A DNA stretch of 64,000 bases from contig JBBIIC010000004.1 in NCBI GenBank assembly GCA_037446725.1, forward strand, positions 74,891 through 138,890, written 5' to 3'. This document shows positions 1-10,563 of the stretch, piece by piece (within the stretch, counting starts at the first letter, position 1; the number at the start of each line of letters is the position of its first letter). The notes below the pieces were generated by a model that worked only from the letters and a program-made list of their open reading frames with translations, did not search any database and had not been told where the DNA came from. The translations under genes were made by a program, and so were the position numbers. The stretch is from Actinomycetota bacterium. Lineage in GTDB: Bacteria > Actinomycetota > Coriobacteriia > Anaerosomatales > SLCP01.

Positions 1-1
1 C

Positions 2-445
2 GGTATCGCCGACGGTCGCGGGATCGCCGCCGCGTTCGCACTCGGGGCGGAAGGCGTCCAGGTGGGTACGCGGTTCATGTGCGCGACAGAGTGCACCATC
101 CATCCCGACGTCAAGCAACGCATCGTGAAGGCGCGCGACCGCGACACCGTGGTCACGGGCTACTCCACCGGCCATCCGGTGCGCGTGATCAAGAACAAGC
201 TCGCCAAGACCATCGTCGAACTCGACCGTGAGAACCGCCCCGAGGACATCGAGGTGCTCGGAAGCGGGAAGCTTGCGCTGTGCATGCGCGAGGGCGATCT
301 CGAGATGGGCTCGATCATGGCCGGCCAGGCGGCCGCGATGGTCGAGTGCGTACAGCCTGCCGCCGAGATCGTAGAAGAGATGATCGCCGAGGCGTGCGAG
401 GTCATGTCGAGGCTCGCAGCGCGCTGCGTGAATGACGCCGGGTGA
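2..445 (+). CDS. fabK: Enoyl-ACP reductase II (FabK, FMN-dependent NMO family), C-terminal part. The 5' end lies upstream of the window.
   Basis: The frame is open from the window edge and reads GIADGRGIAAAFALGAEGVQVGTRFM..HPDVKQRIVKARDRDTVV..GHPVRVIKN, like the C-terminal half of streptococcal-type FabK. The stop overlaps the fabD start (GTGA). Confidence 0.8.
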   Translation, partial: GIADGRGIAAAFALGAEGVQVGTRFMCATECTIHPDVKQRIVKARDRDTVVTGYSTGHPVRVIKNKLAKTIVELDRENRPEDIEVLGSGKLALCMREGDLEMGSIMAGQAAAMVECVQPAAEIVEEMIAEACEVMSRLAARCVNDAG

Positions 446-1365
446 CGAGCGTGAACGCAGTGTTCGCGTTCCCGGGCCAGGGATCGCAGCGTGCAGGGAT
501 GCTCGATGCGATTCCCGAGGTCGACGAGCTCGACCGGCTTCTCGACGCCGCGGAGGCACTCGTCGGTGCCGACCTCCGACGCATTGCGCGCGAGGGAGCG
601 CCCGCCGAACTCGCAGACACCCGGGTTGCCCAGCCGCTCCTGTACCTGGCCGACTGGGCGTGGGGCAGCGTCCTGCTCGACGTCGGCATACGCCCGGTCG
701 CCGTCGCCGGACACAGCCTCGGAGAACTGGCGGCTCTCGCGATCGCGAATGTCTTCTCGGTCGAAGCCGGACTCGAGCTCGTCTGCACCCGCGCTGGCCT
801 TATGGCCGCTACCGCCCAGGCGAGTCCGGGCACCATGGCCGCGGTCCTCGGCTTGGACGGCCCTGCCGTCGCCGAGGTAATCGGCCCCCTTGCGGGAGTC
901 TGGGTCGCCAACGACAATGCACCGGGCCAGGTCGTCATCTCAGGGCTCACCGAGTCGGTCGCGTCCGCGAGCAACCTCTTGCGTGCTGTAGGGGCGCGGC
1001 GCGTCGTACCGCTCGACGTGTCAGGTGCGTTCCACTCCCCGTTGATGAGTGATGCGGCCATCGCGTTCGCAGACGTCCTCAGGGAGGCGGAGTTCCATGA
1101 CGCGGCCGTACCGATCCTCCAGAACACGAGACCAGAACCCGCCGCCGCCGCAGAATCGATACGCACAGCGCTCATCAACCAGATCGCCTCACCTGTCCGC
1201 TGGACCGAGACCATGCACGCGCTCGCAGCCTTCGCACCGGTAACCCTGATCGAGGCGGGCCCCGGTTCGGTCCTCAAGGGTCTTGCGCGCCGCATGCCCG
1301 ACGTGCCGGCAGTCAGCATAGAGGAGACCGGCGTTGAGACCCTCGTCGAGGAGGTGCTCGGATGA
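442..1365 (+). CDS. fabD: Malonyl-CoA:ACP transacylase
   Basis: N-terminal FPGQGSQ and active-site GHSLGE motifs. It sits between fabK and fabG. Confidence 0.95.
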   Translation: MTSVNAVFAFPGQGSQRAGMLDAIPEVDELDRLLDAAEALVGADLRRIAREGAPAELADTRVAQPLLYLADWAWGSVLLDVGIRPVAVAGHSLGELAALAIANVFSVEAGLELVCTRAGLMAATAQASPGTMAAVLGLDGPAVAEVIGPLAGVWVANDNAPGQVVISGLTESVASASNLLRAVGARRVVPLDVSGAFHSPLMSDAAIAFADVLREAEFHDAAVPILQNTRPEPAAAAESIRTALINQIASPVRWTETMHALAAFAPVTLIEAGPGSVLKGLARRMPDVPAVSIEETGVETLVEEVLG

Positions 1366-2111
1366 AGTCGCTCGAAGGCAAGTCCGCGCTCGTGACCGGC
1401 GGCTCCCGTGGCATCGGCGCGGCCATAGCCACGGAGCTGGCGGCGCGGGGTGCCACCGTTGCGGTCAACTACTCCGGCAGCGCGCAGGCGGCTGCCGACG
1501 TCGTTTCCGCCATCGAAGCAGCCGGCGGAACGGCCGTCACGCTCCAGGCCGACGTGTGCGACCGCGGTGCATGCGGGGCGCTCGTCGAGTCGGTTGTCGG
1601 GCGGTTCGGGACGCTCGACATCCTCGTCAACAACGCTGGCATCACGCGGGACGGCCTGCTCGTCCGCATGTCAGACGAGGACTGGGACGCCGTCATAGCG
1701 ACGAATCTCACCGGTGCCTTCACGATGACCCGTGCGGCTGCCAGGGTGATGATGAAGGCCCGGAGCGGCTCCATCGTCAACGTCTCCTCGGTCGTCGGCC
1801 TCGTGGGCAACGCGGGCCAGGCCAACTACGCCTCGGCCAAGGCGGGACTCATCGGCCTGACGAAGTCGGTGGCGCGCGAGCTCGCCCCGCGTTCGGTCAG
1901 GGTCAACGCCGTGGCCCCCGGCTTCATCGAGACCGACATGACCGCGTCACTCGGCGACACGGTCCGTGAAGCCGCACTCGCACAAATCGCCATGCGAACG
2001 TTCGGCCAGCCGTCTGACGTGGCGGCTGCAGTGGCGTTCCTCGCGTCGGAGGACGCCGCCTACATCACCGGTCAGGTCCTCGCTGTCGACGGAGGCATGA
2101 CGTTCGTTTAG
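1362..2111 (+). CDS. fabG: 3-oxoacyl-ACP reductase (SDR)
   Basis: TGGSRGIG cofactor motif, NNAG, YASAK catalytic motif. ATGA overlap with fabD. Confidence 0.93.
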   Translation: MKSLEGKSALVTGGSRGIGAAIATELAARGATVAVNYSGSAQAAADVVSAIEAAGGTAVTLQADVCDRGACGALVESVVGRFGTLDILVNNAGITRDGLLVRMSDEDWDAVIATNLTGAFTMTRAAARVMMKARSGSIVNVSSVVGLVGNAGQANYASAKAGLIGLTKSVARELAPRSVRVNAVAPGFIETDMTASLGDTVREAALAQIAMRTFGQPSDVAAAVAFLASEDAAYITGQVLAVDGGMTFV

Positions 2112-2164
2112 AGTGTCCGCGGGTGGAACCAGTGGTCCCCCGGAAGGGAGGTGTTCACGTACCT

Positions 2165-2404
2165 ATGGAGCGTGAAGAGATCTTCGAGAAGGTCGCAGAG
2201 GTCATCGTCGATCAGCTGAACGTCGAGCGCGATGACATCACCGACGAGTCTGCCTTCATCGACGACCTCGGTGCCGACTCGCTCGACCTCGTCGAGCTCG
2301 TCATGGCACTCGAGGCCGAGTTCAACGTCTCGATCCCCGACGAGGACGTCGAGTCGATCAAGACCGTGGCCGACGCCGTCGTCTACATCGAGGCGAACGC
2401 CTGA
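2165..2404 (+). CDS. acpP: Acyl carrier protein
   Basis: The 79-aa product carries [17 protein letters not shown] (phosphopantetheine Ser in DSL). A GGAAGGGAGG RBS lies upstream. I prefer ATG 2165 over the longer ORF start at 2123. Confidence 0.95.
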   Translation: MEREEIFEKVAEVIVDQLNVERDDITDESAFIDDLGADSLDLVELVMALEAEFNVSIPDEDVESIKTVADAVVYIEANA

Positions 2405-2421
2405 TCGCTGCTTGCGGCGAG

Positions 2422-2455
2422 CCCCGGCCCCGGCCCCGCACGGGTCGGGCCGGGG
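2422..2455 (+). terminator. GC-rich hairpin after acpP (possible partial terminator or processing site)
   Basis: CCCCGGCCC (2422-2430) pairs with GGGCCGGGG (2447-2455). There is no clear U-tract. Confidence 0.3.
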
Positions 2456-2496
2456 GTGATCGCCTGTGTTCCGTCTGCCGTACCGGGAGCCCGCTT

Positions 2497-3456
2497 GTGC
2501 ACCGTATGCCCCCGCTCACGATAGGGACGAAGACTGCACGCCTCCCCATCATCCAGGGCGGTATGGCGGTCCGGATTTCCATGGCCCCGCTCGCGACCGC
2601 CGTCGCAGAGGCGGGCGGGATCGGGCTGATCGCCGGATCGGGCTTGAGTCCTGCAGAGATGCTCGAGGAGATGCGCCGGGCGCGTGCGGCCACCCAGGGC
2701 GTCGTCGGCGTCAACATAATGGTAGCGGTGCGCAAGTTCAGAGAGCTCGTCCACGCGGCACTCGAGGGTGGTGCTGACCTCATCGTCGCGGGAGCTGGCT
2801 TCTCGCGAGACGTCTTTGGATGGGCACGAGAGGCGGGTGTCCCGGTCGTTCCGATCGTCGGGTCCGCTCGTGTTGCGGCCCTCTCCGAACGGTTCGGGGC
2901 CACGGCCGTCGTCGTGGAGGGTGTGGAGGCCGGAGGTCATCTCGGTACCGACCGACCCATGCTCGACCTGCTGCCCGAGATCATCGAGGCGGTGAGCATC
3001 CCTGTTATCGGGGCGGGGGGAGTGGTCACCGGGTCCGACATCAAGCGGACACTCGACGCCGGTGCGGCCGGTGTGCAGATGGGGTCACGCTTCGCCGCGA
3101 CAGCCGAGTCGTCTGCTCCGGAGGCCTTCAAGCAGATGTACGTCGACGCGCGCGAGGAAGACATCGTCCTCGTGAAGAGCCCGGTCGGACTGCCCGGACG
3201 CGCGCTGCGCAACCCGTTCTCGCGCAAGATGGCCGAGGGGAAGTTCCCGCCCATCGAGCGTTGCATCTCGTGCCTCAAGAAGTGTGGGAAGGACTACTGC
3301 ATCGTCGAGCGTCTCGAGCGCGCCCAGGGCGGCGACGTCACCGACGGTCTCGTGTTCGCGGGCTCGTCGGCGGCGCGCATCCATGACGTGCCCACCGTGG
3401 CCGAGCTCATGCGGCGTCTCGAGACCGAGTACGACGAGTGCGTGGAGGGGGAGTGA
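2497..3456 (+). CDS. NMO/FabK-family FMN oxidoreductase, a second paralog in the fab operon, with a C-terminal Cys cluster
   Basis: PIIQGGMA.., GVNIM, VVVEGVEAGGHLG and GAGGV..G..GVQMGSRF motifs are typical of the nitronate monooxygenase/FabK fold. CISCLKKCGKDYC lies near the C-terminus. Confidence 0.75.
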   Translation: MHRMPPLTIGTKTARLPIIQGGMAVRISMAPLATAVAEAGGIGLIAGSGLSPAEMLEEMRRARAATQGVVGVNIMVAVRKFRELVHAALEGGADLIVAGAGFSRDVFGWAREAGVPVVPIVGSARVAALSERFGATAVVVEGVEAGGHLGTDRPMLDLLPEIIEAVSIPVIGAGGVVTGSDIKRTLDAGAAGVQMGSRFAATAESSAPEAFKQMYVDAREEDIVLVKSPVGLPGRALRNPFSRKMAEGKFPPIERCISCLKKCGKDYCIVERLERAQGGDVTDGLVFAGSSAARIHDVPTVAELMRRLETEYDECVEGE

Positions 3457-4685
3457 CCGTGAGAAGCGTAGTCGTCACCGGCATCGGCGTCGTCTCACCC
3501 GTCGGCATCGGCAAGGAGGCCTTCGCGGCGTCCCTCGCCGAGGGCCGTTCTGGGGTACGTCCGATCTCGCACTTCGATGCCACCGAGTTCACGACGCGTT
3601 TCTCCGCGTATATCGACGAGTTCGATCCGACGCCGGCCCTCAACCCTAAGGAAGCCCGCCGCATGGCCCGCTTTCAGCAGTTCGCGGTCATCGCAGCCGA
3701 CGAGGCGATCGCCGACGCCGGGCTCGACTTCGGCGAGGGCGAAGCCGACCGGATAGGGGTCATCGTCGGTTCGGGGATCGGCGGCCTCTACACGATGGAG
3801 GAGCAGCACGACAAGCTAGTCGAGGGCGGTATGCGCAAGGTGAGCCCCTTCCTCGTCCCGATGATGATCGTCGATCTCGCGGCCGGGCTCATTTCCATCC
3901 GCCACGGCGCGAAGGGCATCAACTACTCGCCCGTGTCCGCCTGCGCCACCGGCTCGCACGCCATCGGTGAAGCGGCCGAAGCGATCCGTCGCAGACAGGC
4001 TGACGTCATCATCGCCGGGGGTGTCGACGCCGCCATCACGCCGCTCGGGCTTGCCGGCTTCGCCGCCGCCCGCGCACTCTCCACCCGCAACGAGGAGCCC
4101 GAGCGCGCGTCGCGTCCGTTCGACGTGAACCGGGACGGCTTCGTGATGGGAGAGGGCTGTGGCATCCTCGTGCTCGAGGACCGCGAGCGGGCGCTGGCGC
4201 GCAACGCTCGCATCTACGGAGAGGTCTCGGGCTACGGGGCCACCGCCGACGCCTACCACATCACGGCTCCGGAACCATCGGGTGACGGCGCTGTGCGCGC
4301 CATGCGGCACGCTCTCGAACAGTCAGGGTTGAGTCCTCGCGACATCGGCTACATCAACGCGCACGGCACTTCGACGCCTCAGGGCGACGTGATCGAGACG
4401 CGAGCGGTCAAGGAGGTCTTCGGCACCGATGCCCCACCCGTTTCGTCGACCAAGTCCATGACCGGACATCTTCTAGGCGGAGCCGGAGCCGTCGAAGCTG
4501 TCGTCTGCGCGCTCGTCCTCGAGCGCGAGTTGCTGCCTCCCACGATCAACCTGGAAGACCCCGACCCGGAGTGCGACCTGGACTACGTGCCGCACGCTTC
4601 GCGTGCGCTCAGGGTGAACGCCGTGATGAGCAACTCCTTCGGCTTCGGCGGACACAACGCGACCCTCATCTTCAGCAGGGGCTGA
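3453..4685 (+). CDS. fabF: 3-oxoacyl-ACP synthase II
   Basis: VVVTGIG, active-site SACATG, HGTSTP and GHLLGGAG motifs. The start is ambiguous (GTG 3438, 3453 or 3459). GTG 3453 overlaps the upstream stop. Confidence 0.93.
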   Translation: MTVRSVVVTGIGVVSPVGIGKEAFAASLAEGRSGVRPISHFDATEFTTRFSAYIDEFDPTPALNPKEARRMARFQQFAVIAADEAIADAGLDFGEGEADRIGVIVGSGIGGLYTMEEQHDKLVEGGMRKVSPFLVPMMIVDLAAGLISIRHGAKGINYSPVSACATGSHAIGEAAEAIRRRQADVIIAGGVDAAITPLGLAGFAAARALSTRNEEPERASRPFDVNRDGFVMGEGCGILVLEDRERALARNARIYGEVSGYGATADAYHITAPEPSGDGAVRAMRHALEQSGLSPRDIGYINAHGTSTPQGDVIETRAVKEVFGTDAPPVSSTKSMTGHLLGGAGAVEAVVCALVLERELLPPTINLEDPDPECDLDYVPHASRALRVNAVMSNSFGFGGHNATLIFSRG

Positions 4686-4692
4686 CCCACCA

Positions 4693-5403
4693 GTGGGCCA
4701 CGACGACCTGCACGACAGCACGAAACTCGACCGCGCCGAGGAGGTGGTCGGACACCGTTTCGAGCAGCGGGCGCTCCTCGCCAGTGCGCTCACCCACCCC
4801 AGCGCTCCGGCCGAGGGGACGCAGGCCCTCGACTACGAGAGGCTCGAGTTCCTCGGCGACGCGGTCCTCGGCCTTCTGGTAGTTGAGGAGATATACCGGC
4901 GCTTCCCGGAGCTCCCCGAAGGAGAGATGACGAAGCTCAAGATCCACCTCGTCTCCGGAGGCTCGCTCGTTGAGGCTGCCGAGGACCTGGGGCTTGGCGA
5001 GTTCATCGCACTCGGTGAGTCGGAACGAGGCACCGGGACCCGGGGGTTGCGCTCGGCGCTGGAGAACGCATTCGAAGCGGTCGCCGGAGCCATCTACCTC
5101 GACGGAGGCCTTGAGGCTGCGCGCCGCTTCGTCGGCGCGACGCTCGGCGGGCGCATCTCGGCGGAGGGGATCGACGTCGCAGACCTCGAGCACCCCAAGT
5201 CACGCCTCCAAGAAGTCGTCCAGGCCGACGGGCGAAGCGTGGAGTACCGCATAGTGAGTGAGGAAGGCCCGCCGCATGCCCGCCGTTTCTGCGCTGAAGC
5301 ACTGGTCGACGGCCGCGTCCTCGGCACCGGTGAAGGCGGCACGAAGAAGGAGGCCGAGATGCGCGCCGCGCGGGAGGCGCTTATCAAGGTTTCCGCTGGC
5401 TGA
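4693..5403 (+). CDS. rnc: Ribonuclease III
   Basis: ERLEFLGDAVL signature, and a C-terminal dsRBD (GEGGTKKEAEMRAAREAL). Confidence 0.93.
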   Translation: MGHDDLHDSTKLDRAEEVVGHRFEQRALLASALTHPSAPAEGTQALDYERLEFLGDAVLGLLVVEEIYRRFPELPEGEMTKLKIHLVSGGSLVEAAEDLGLGEFIALGESERGTGTRGLRSALENAFEAVAGAIYLDGGLEAARRFVGATLGGRISAEGIDVADLEHPKSRLQEVVQADGRSVEYRIVSEEGPPHARRFCAEALVDGRVLGTGEGGTKKEAEMRAAREALIKVSAG

Positions 5404-5421
5404 AAGGGCGCCTGACCGCGC

Positions 5422-5448
5422 TTGCGCTGCGGTGTCCTGTGATAGAAT
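5422..5448 (+). promoter_or_regulatory. Candidate extended -10 promoter for smc
   Basis: TGaTAGAAT at 5440-5448 with a weak TTGCGC at 5422-5427. It lies in the 110-bp rnc-smc gap. Confidence 0.4.
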
Positions 5449-5514
5449 CACGGTCGTTCCGCAGCCGGGGGCCCACCCCCTCCACCACCCGCATTCCGCA
5501 CCGAGAGGCTCTGC

Positions 5515-8500
5515 GTGCACCTGAAGTCCCTCATACTCAAAGGCTTCAAGTCCTTCGCGGACCGCACCGTCCTGTCGCTCGAGCCCGGCGTTACCGTCGT
5601 CGTCGGCCCGAACGGATCGGGCAAGTCCAACATCTCCGACGCCGTGCTCTGGGTCCTCGGCGAGCAGTCCGCCAGGAGCCTGCGCGGTCAGGCGATGGAG
5701 GACGTCATCTTCGCCGGTTCGTCAGCGCGCCAGCCCGTCGGCGTCGCCGAGGTCGACCTCGTACTCGACAACTCAGATGGCACGCTCCCCATCGAGTTCA
5801 ACGAGGTCACGATCACCCGGCGCATGTTCAGGAGTGGCGAGAGCGAGTACCTCATCAACCAGTCGCCCTCGCGTCTCATGGACGTCCAGGAGCTCCTTCA
5901 CGACACCGGTTTGGGAAGGGACACGCACTCGATCATCAGCCAGGGCCGTCTCGACGAGATCCTCAACTCACGGCCCGAGGACCGGCGCGCACTGATCGAA
6001 GAGGCCGCAGGCGTCCTCAAGCACAAGAAGCGGCGCGAGCGTGCGCTGCGCAAGCTTTCGGGGCTGGACGCGCACCTCGAGCGCGCGCGCGATATCTCCG
6101 GGGAGATCGACCGCCAGCTCAGGCCGCTGCAGCGACAGGCGTCGCGCGCCGCCCAGCACGCCGAACTGAAGACCGAACTCGTGTCGGTCCAGACCTCGCT
6201 TGCCGTCGACGACCTGCGTACACTCCAGCGCTCCTGGGATGAGCTCGAGAAGCGTGAGAAGGAGCAGGACGCCGAGATCGAGCTCACCCGTTATCGCCTG
6301 GCCGAGAAGGAACGTGAACTCGCGACCTTCCAGGCTCTGCTCGAGGAGAAGGGACTGTTCGTCGGCGACCTCTCCGAGCAGCGCCGCCGCCTGCAGTCGG
6401 TACTCGAGCGCATCAACTCGGGACTGCTGCTGCTCGAGGAAAAGGGCAAGAACCTCATCGAGCGCCTGAGCGAGCTGCGCGGGAAGCTCTACCAGGCCGA
6501 AACCCGTACCGAGGCGCGCACCGGCGAACTCGAACGCCTGTCGGCTGACCGGGTCGAGACAGACACGCGGCTCAAGGCCCTCTACGGTCAGCTCGGCGAG
6601 CTGCGCAAGGAGGCCGAGTCCTCCAAGAAGGAGCGTATCGCGGCGGACGAGGCGCTCGCCCGGATCACTGGTGAGATCCGCCGGGGACGCAAGGGCGCGG
6701 ATGACCTGAGGATGGAGCTGGCGGTACTCGAGCAGTCGGTCGCTGCACACCGTCTCGAGACCGAGATGCTCGGCGAGCGGCTCAACGCCTTGAAGGACCA
6801 GCGCACGACGCTGTCAGCTACGCTGTCGAGCCGTCGCGCCCGCATGGAACAGCTCGACAATGACCTCAGCCGCTCCCGGATGGCGCGATCGCTTGCCGAC
6901 AGTGACGTCGACAAGCGAGTGAGAGTCCTCGATTCGCGACGCAAGGAACTGGCCGAGGTTCGCGAGCGTCTCACCGCTGCCCGCGCGGAGGTGCGCGCGC
7001 TCGAGGAGGTGGACCGCGCGTTCGAGTCCGCCTCACCAGCACTGGCGTGGGCCCTCTCTCGTCAGCGCGATCTGCCGGGCCTGGTCGGCCCACTCGCCGA
7101 GCGGATCCGGGTCCCCGGGGGCTACGAGCAGCTGCTCGAGCACCTGCTCGGGACCGACCTGTTCGCGCTACTCGTCGACGATCTCGACGCTGCATCGCGT
7201 ATCGCCGGCGCCGCTGCCGAACAGAACGAAGGCGAGCTTGCGCTCCTGCCGATATCAGCTACAGCGGTGCCGGCTCGCACCGCGGCCGGCGTCGGCACAC
7301 CCCTCATGGATCTTCTTGAATGCGATGCGGAACTGCGTCCAGCACTCAACGGCCTCCTCGGAGACGTGTACGTCGTCGAGTCCCTCCCTGAAGCGGTCGA
7401 GGCGGTCCGAACTGACCCTACCGGTGCGCGCTTCGCCACTCCCGCCGGTGCGATTGCTTGGCCCGGCGGTAAGGTCACCGTCGGCCGCGTCGTCGCGACC
7501 GACGGTGCCGGGGTGCTGACTCGCAAGCGGCGCATCACCGAGCTCGAAGACGAGGTCAACGCGCTCGACATCGCGGTGGGCGAGGCGGAAGCGGACACGT
7601 CGACCGCAGAAGAGGCCGTCGCGGCGGCACAGCAGGACGCGCTCGAGCTCGGACAGAAGATCGCCCAGCTTGCGGGGGAGCACGACTCGCTGCGCGAGGA
7701 GATCGGCCGCCTGGAGCAGGCGTTGACGATGCTGGACGCCGAGCTCGTCACCATCAACGCGAGATCCCGGGAAGTCGAAACCCGCGTGGAGAAGGAGGCG
7801 CCGGGCATCGAACCTCTCAAGCGTCGGATCGTGGAGGCTGAGGCCGCGGTCGACGAGCTCGAAGAGCAGGCCACGGCCGCTCGCGAACGGCGGGACTCCC
7901 GATTCCGTGACGAGGCCGCGATCAATGAGCGTCTCTCCGCATGCCAGGTAGACATCGCCACCGTCTCCGAGCGGGAGGTCCACCTCAAGCGACAGGTCGC
8001 CTCGATCAGGGCGGAGCTCTCCGAGCTGGAGGCGACGGTCATTCAGAGCCGGAACACCGAGGCCGCGCTCGAGCTGCTGCGCGAACGTATCGAGCCCGTG
8101 CACGACCTGTACGCAGCCCTTCTCGAGCGCGCCGAGCACTGGGCCGTGCGACTCAAGGACCGCGCGCACTTCGAGCAGGCGGACTCCGAGTCGCTGCGTA
8201 CGACGATCCACGCGGCGCAGGATGGCGTGCGCGCGCTCCAGTCACAGATCGACGAGCAGTCGGCCCTGATGAGCGACATCCGAGTCGAGAAGGGTCAGCT
8301 CGAGGTCCAGGTCGGCGCCGCGGTCGCACGGATCGTGGAGGAGTATGGCGTTCCCCTAGAGCGCGCGCTCGAGCACGAGCCGCTCGAGGATCGCCGGACC
8401 GCCGAGGACCGCGCACACGCGCTGCAGAAGCGTCTCGAGAACATCGGCCCCGTCAATCCCGTCGCAATGCAGGAGTACGAGGCGCTCAGGGAACGCCGTG

Positions 8501-9078
8501 ACTTTATGAACGACCAGATCGACGACCTTGTCGGGAGTCGCCAGGCGCTCGGCAAGGTCATCGCGGCCATCGACCGCAAGATCCGCGATCGCTTCCACGA
8601 AACCTTCGAGCAGGTGAACAACCACTTCCAGGAGGTCTTTGCCGTCCTGTTCCCTGGCGGACACTGTGCCCTCGAGCTCACCGAACCCGACGACCCCGAG
8701 GCCACCGGTGTCGAGGTCATCGCCCAACCACGCGGCAAGAAGCTCTCGAAGATGTCGCTCATGTCCGGCGGTGAGAAGGCGCTGACCGCGCTCGCACTCC
8801 TATTCGCCGTCTACCGTACGCGTCCATGCCCCTTCTACATCCTTGACGAGGTCGAAGCCGCACTTGATGACACGAACCTGCGTCGTTTCATCTCCTTCAC
8901 CGACACCATGCGTGCGCACACGCAGTTCATCATCGTCACGCATCAGCGACGGACGATGGAGATGGCGGACGTCCTCTACGGGGTCTCGATGCAGGCCGAC
9001 GGTATGAGCAAGGTCGTCAGCCAGAAGCTCGAGCGCGCCCTTCATGAGGAAGCCGCCGATGGCCACGCCCTGGTATAG
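5515..9078 (+). CDS. smc: Chromosome condensation/segregation ATPase SMC
   Basis: The 1187-aa product has Walker [10 protein letters not shown], long coiled coils, a hinge, the LSGGEK signature and Walker [13 protein letters not shown]. Confidence 0.97.
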   Translation: MHLKSLILKGFKSFADRTVLSLEPGVTVVVGPNGSGKSNISDAVLWVLGEQSARSLRGQAMEDVIFAGSSARQPVGVAEVDLVLDNSDGTLPIEFNEVTITRRMFRSGESEYLINQSPSRLMDVQELLHDTGLGRDTHSIISQGRLDEILNSRPEDRRALIEEAAGVLKHKKRRERALRKLSGLDAHLERARDISGEIDRQLRPLQRQASRAAQHAELKTELVSVQTSLAVDDLRTLQRSWDELEKREKEQDAEIELTRYRLAEKERELATFQALLEEKGLFVGDLSEQRRRLQSVLERINSGLLLLEEKGKNLIERLSELRGKLYQAETRTEARTGELERLSADRVETDTRLKALYGQLGELRKEAESSKKERIAADEALARITGEIRRGRKGADDLRMELAVLEQSVAAHRLETEMLGERLNALKDQRTTLSATLSSRRARMEQLDNDLSRSRMARSLADSDVDKRVRVLDSRRKELAEVRERLTAARAEVRALEEVDRAFESASPALAWALSRQRDLPGLVGPLAERIRVPGGYEQLLEHLLGTDLFALLVDDLDAASRIAGAAAEQNEGELALLPISATAVPARTAAGVGTPLMDLLECDAELRPALNGLLGDVYVVESLPEAVEAVRTDPTGARFATPAGAIAWPGGKVTVGRVVATDGAGVLTRKRRITELEDEVNALDIAVGEAEADTSTAEEAVAAAQQDALELGQKIAQLAGEHDSLREEIGRLEQALTMLDAELVTINARSREVETRVEKEAPGIEPLKRRIVEAEAAVDELEEQATAARERRDSRFRDEAAINERLSACQVDIATVSEREVHLKRQVASIRAELSELEATVIQSRNTEAALELLRERIEPVHDLYAALLERAEHWAVRLKDRAHFEQADSESLRTTIHAAQDGVRALQSQIDEQSALMSDIRVEKGQLEVQVGAAVARIVEEYGVPLERALEHEPLEDRRTAEDRAHALQKRLENIGPVNPVAMQEYEALRERRDFMNDQIDDLVGSRQALGKVIAAIDRKIRDRFHETFEQVNNHFQEVFAVLFPGGHCALELTEPDDPEATGVEVIAQPRGKKLSKMSLMSGGEKALTALALLFAVYRTRPCPFYILDEVEAALDDTNLRRFISFTDTMRAHTQFIIVTHQRRTMEMADVLYGVSMQADGMSKVVSQKLERALHEEAADGHALV

Positions 9079-9979
9079 GCGGGTTTCCGAGGGCCTCACC
9101 CGAAGCCGTGAGCGCCTCGAGGGTCAGCTCAACGTCCTCCTCAGGAAGGGCCCTGATCTCGACGAGGAGTTCTGGGAGGATCTCGAGGACACACTCGTCG
9201 GTGCCGATGTGGGCGCTGTCGCGGTCGGCGAGATAGTCGACCGGTTGCGCGACAATGCGGCGCGCCAGGCACTGCCCGACGCAGGGGCGGTCCTCGATCA
9301 CCTTGCGGAGGAACTAGCACGTGAGTTCCCCGAAGGGGGGACCGACCCGCTCGGGGAGAGTCCGGTTGTCTTGCTCGTCGTAGGCGTCAATGGCACCGGG
9401 AAGACGACGACGGTCGGCAAGCTAGCGACCGAGGCCGCGCGCGCGGGCCGCTCTGTTCTGCTCGGTTCCGGCGACACCTACCGCGCCGCCGCCGTCGAGC
9501 AACTCGACATTTGGGCGCAGCGCGCCGGCGTCCCGGTCGTCCGGCGTGACCGCGGGGCGGATCCCGCCGCGGTCGCCTTCGACACGGTGGCGCGCGCCAA
9601 CGAGACGAACCCCGATCTCACCCTCATCGACACCGCCGGACGCCTCCACACGTCGCCGGACCTCATGCGCGAACTCGAGAAGGTACAGCGGATTGCGAGC
9701 CGGGAGAGCGTGGCCCCAGTGCGCAGTCTCCTGGTGATGGACGCGACCACCGGCCAGAACGGACTCGCTCAGGCCCGCGAGTTCCACGCCGCTCTCGAGC
9801 TGGATGCGATCGTGCTCACGAAGCTCGACGGTACGGCCAAGGGAGGTATCGCCGTGGCGGTCGTCCGGGAGCTCGGCATCCCTATCGTGCGCATCGGCGT
9901 GGGGGAGGGCGCGGACGACCTCAAACCCTTCGTGCCATCCGAGTTCGCCCGCGCCCTCGTGGGGCGTGGCGGAGAATGA
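9059..9979 (+). CDS. ftsY: SRP receptor FtsY (short form, NG domain only)
   Basis: GVNGTGKTTT, DTAGR and TKLDGTAKGG motifs. The start is ATG 9059 or 9044, overlapping the end of smc. Confidence 0.93.
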   Translation: MATPWYRRVSEGLTRSRERLEGQLNVLLRKGPDLDEEFWEDLEDTLVGADVGAVAVGEIVDRLRDNAARQALPDAGAVLDHLAEELAREFPEGGTDPLGESPVVLLVVGVNGTGKTTTVGKLATEAARAGRSVLLGSGDTYRAAAVEQLDIWAQRAGVPVVRRDRGADPAAVAFDTVARANETNPDLTLIDTAGRLHTSPDLMRELEKVQRIASRESVAPVRSLLVMDATTGQNGLAQAREFHAALELDAIVLTKLDGTAKGGIAVAVVRELGIPIVRIGVGEGADDLKPFVPSEFARALVGRGGE

Positions 9980-10533
9980 CGGCGTTCGGCCCACCCGGCC
10001 GCGGAGATCGCGTCGCTCGACGCCTCCTGCTGCCGCTTACGCTCGTTCTCATACTGCTCGTACTCATCTTCTGGGTGCTCTTCACGTCGCTCCAGGTGTC
10101 GGGGGACTCCATGTATCCGACCCTGGGCCACGGTGACCGTGTCCTCGTTAGCCGGGGGTACGGCACGCCGGAGCGCGGTGATATCGTGCATGTCGATGCG
10201 CGAGAACTCGAAGGCGCCCGGGGAGACCAGGTCATCAAGCGCGTCGTCGCCTTGGCAGGTGATACGATCAGCATCGAGAACGGACGTGCGCTGGTGAACG
10301 GGGTGCCGGAAGACCCCGTGAACGATCTCATCCTCGACGACAACGATGTCTCGATCCCCTCGCTTACCATCCCCGAAGGGTATGTCTACGTGCTCGGTGA
10401 CAATCGGCCCGTCTCGCTGGACAGCCGCTTCTACGGTCCGGTACCGGTCGGCGCGATCGAGGGCCGGATCATCTTCTGCTACACGCCGGTCACCCGGTTC
10501 GGCCCGATAGACCGAGGCCGGGGGCCACTCTAG
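9976..10533 (+). CDS. lepB: Signal peptidase I (paralog 1)
   Basis: N-terminal TM segment, SGDSMYPTL (catalytic Ser), KRVVALAGD (catalytic Lys) and GDNRPVSLDSR boxes. Confidence 0.88.
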   Translation: MTAFGPPGRGDRVARRLLLPLTLVLILLVLIFWVLFTSLQVSGDSMYPTLGHGDRVLVSRGYGTPERGDIVHVDARELEGARGDQVIKRVVALAGDTISIENGRALVNGVPEDPVNDLILDDNDVSIPSLTIPEGYVYVLGDNRPVSLDSRFYGPVPVGAIEGRIIFCYTPVTRFGPIDRGRGPL

Positions 10534-10563
10534 CCTGTACGGACCCGAGGAAGGGCATCCCGG

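Noticed and set aside
5438-5452. A CRP/FNR-like inverted repeat, TGTGATAGAATCACG, upstream of smc.
   Set aside because: The half-site spacing (TGTGA-N5-TCAC) does not match the TGTGA-N6-TCACA consensus. The element coincides with the extended -10 promoter, which explains the A/T-rich core. A single occurrence is insufficient evidence.
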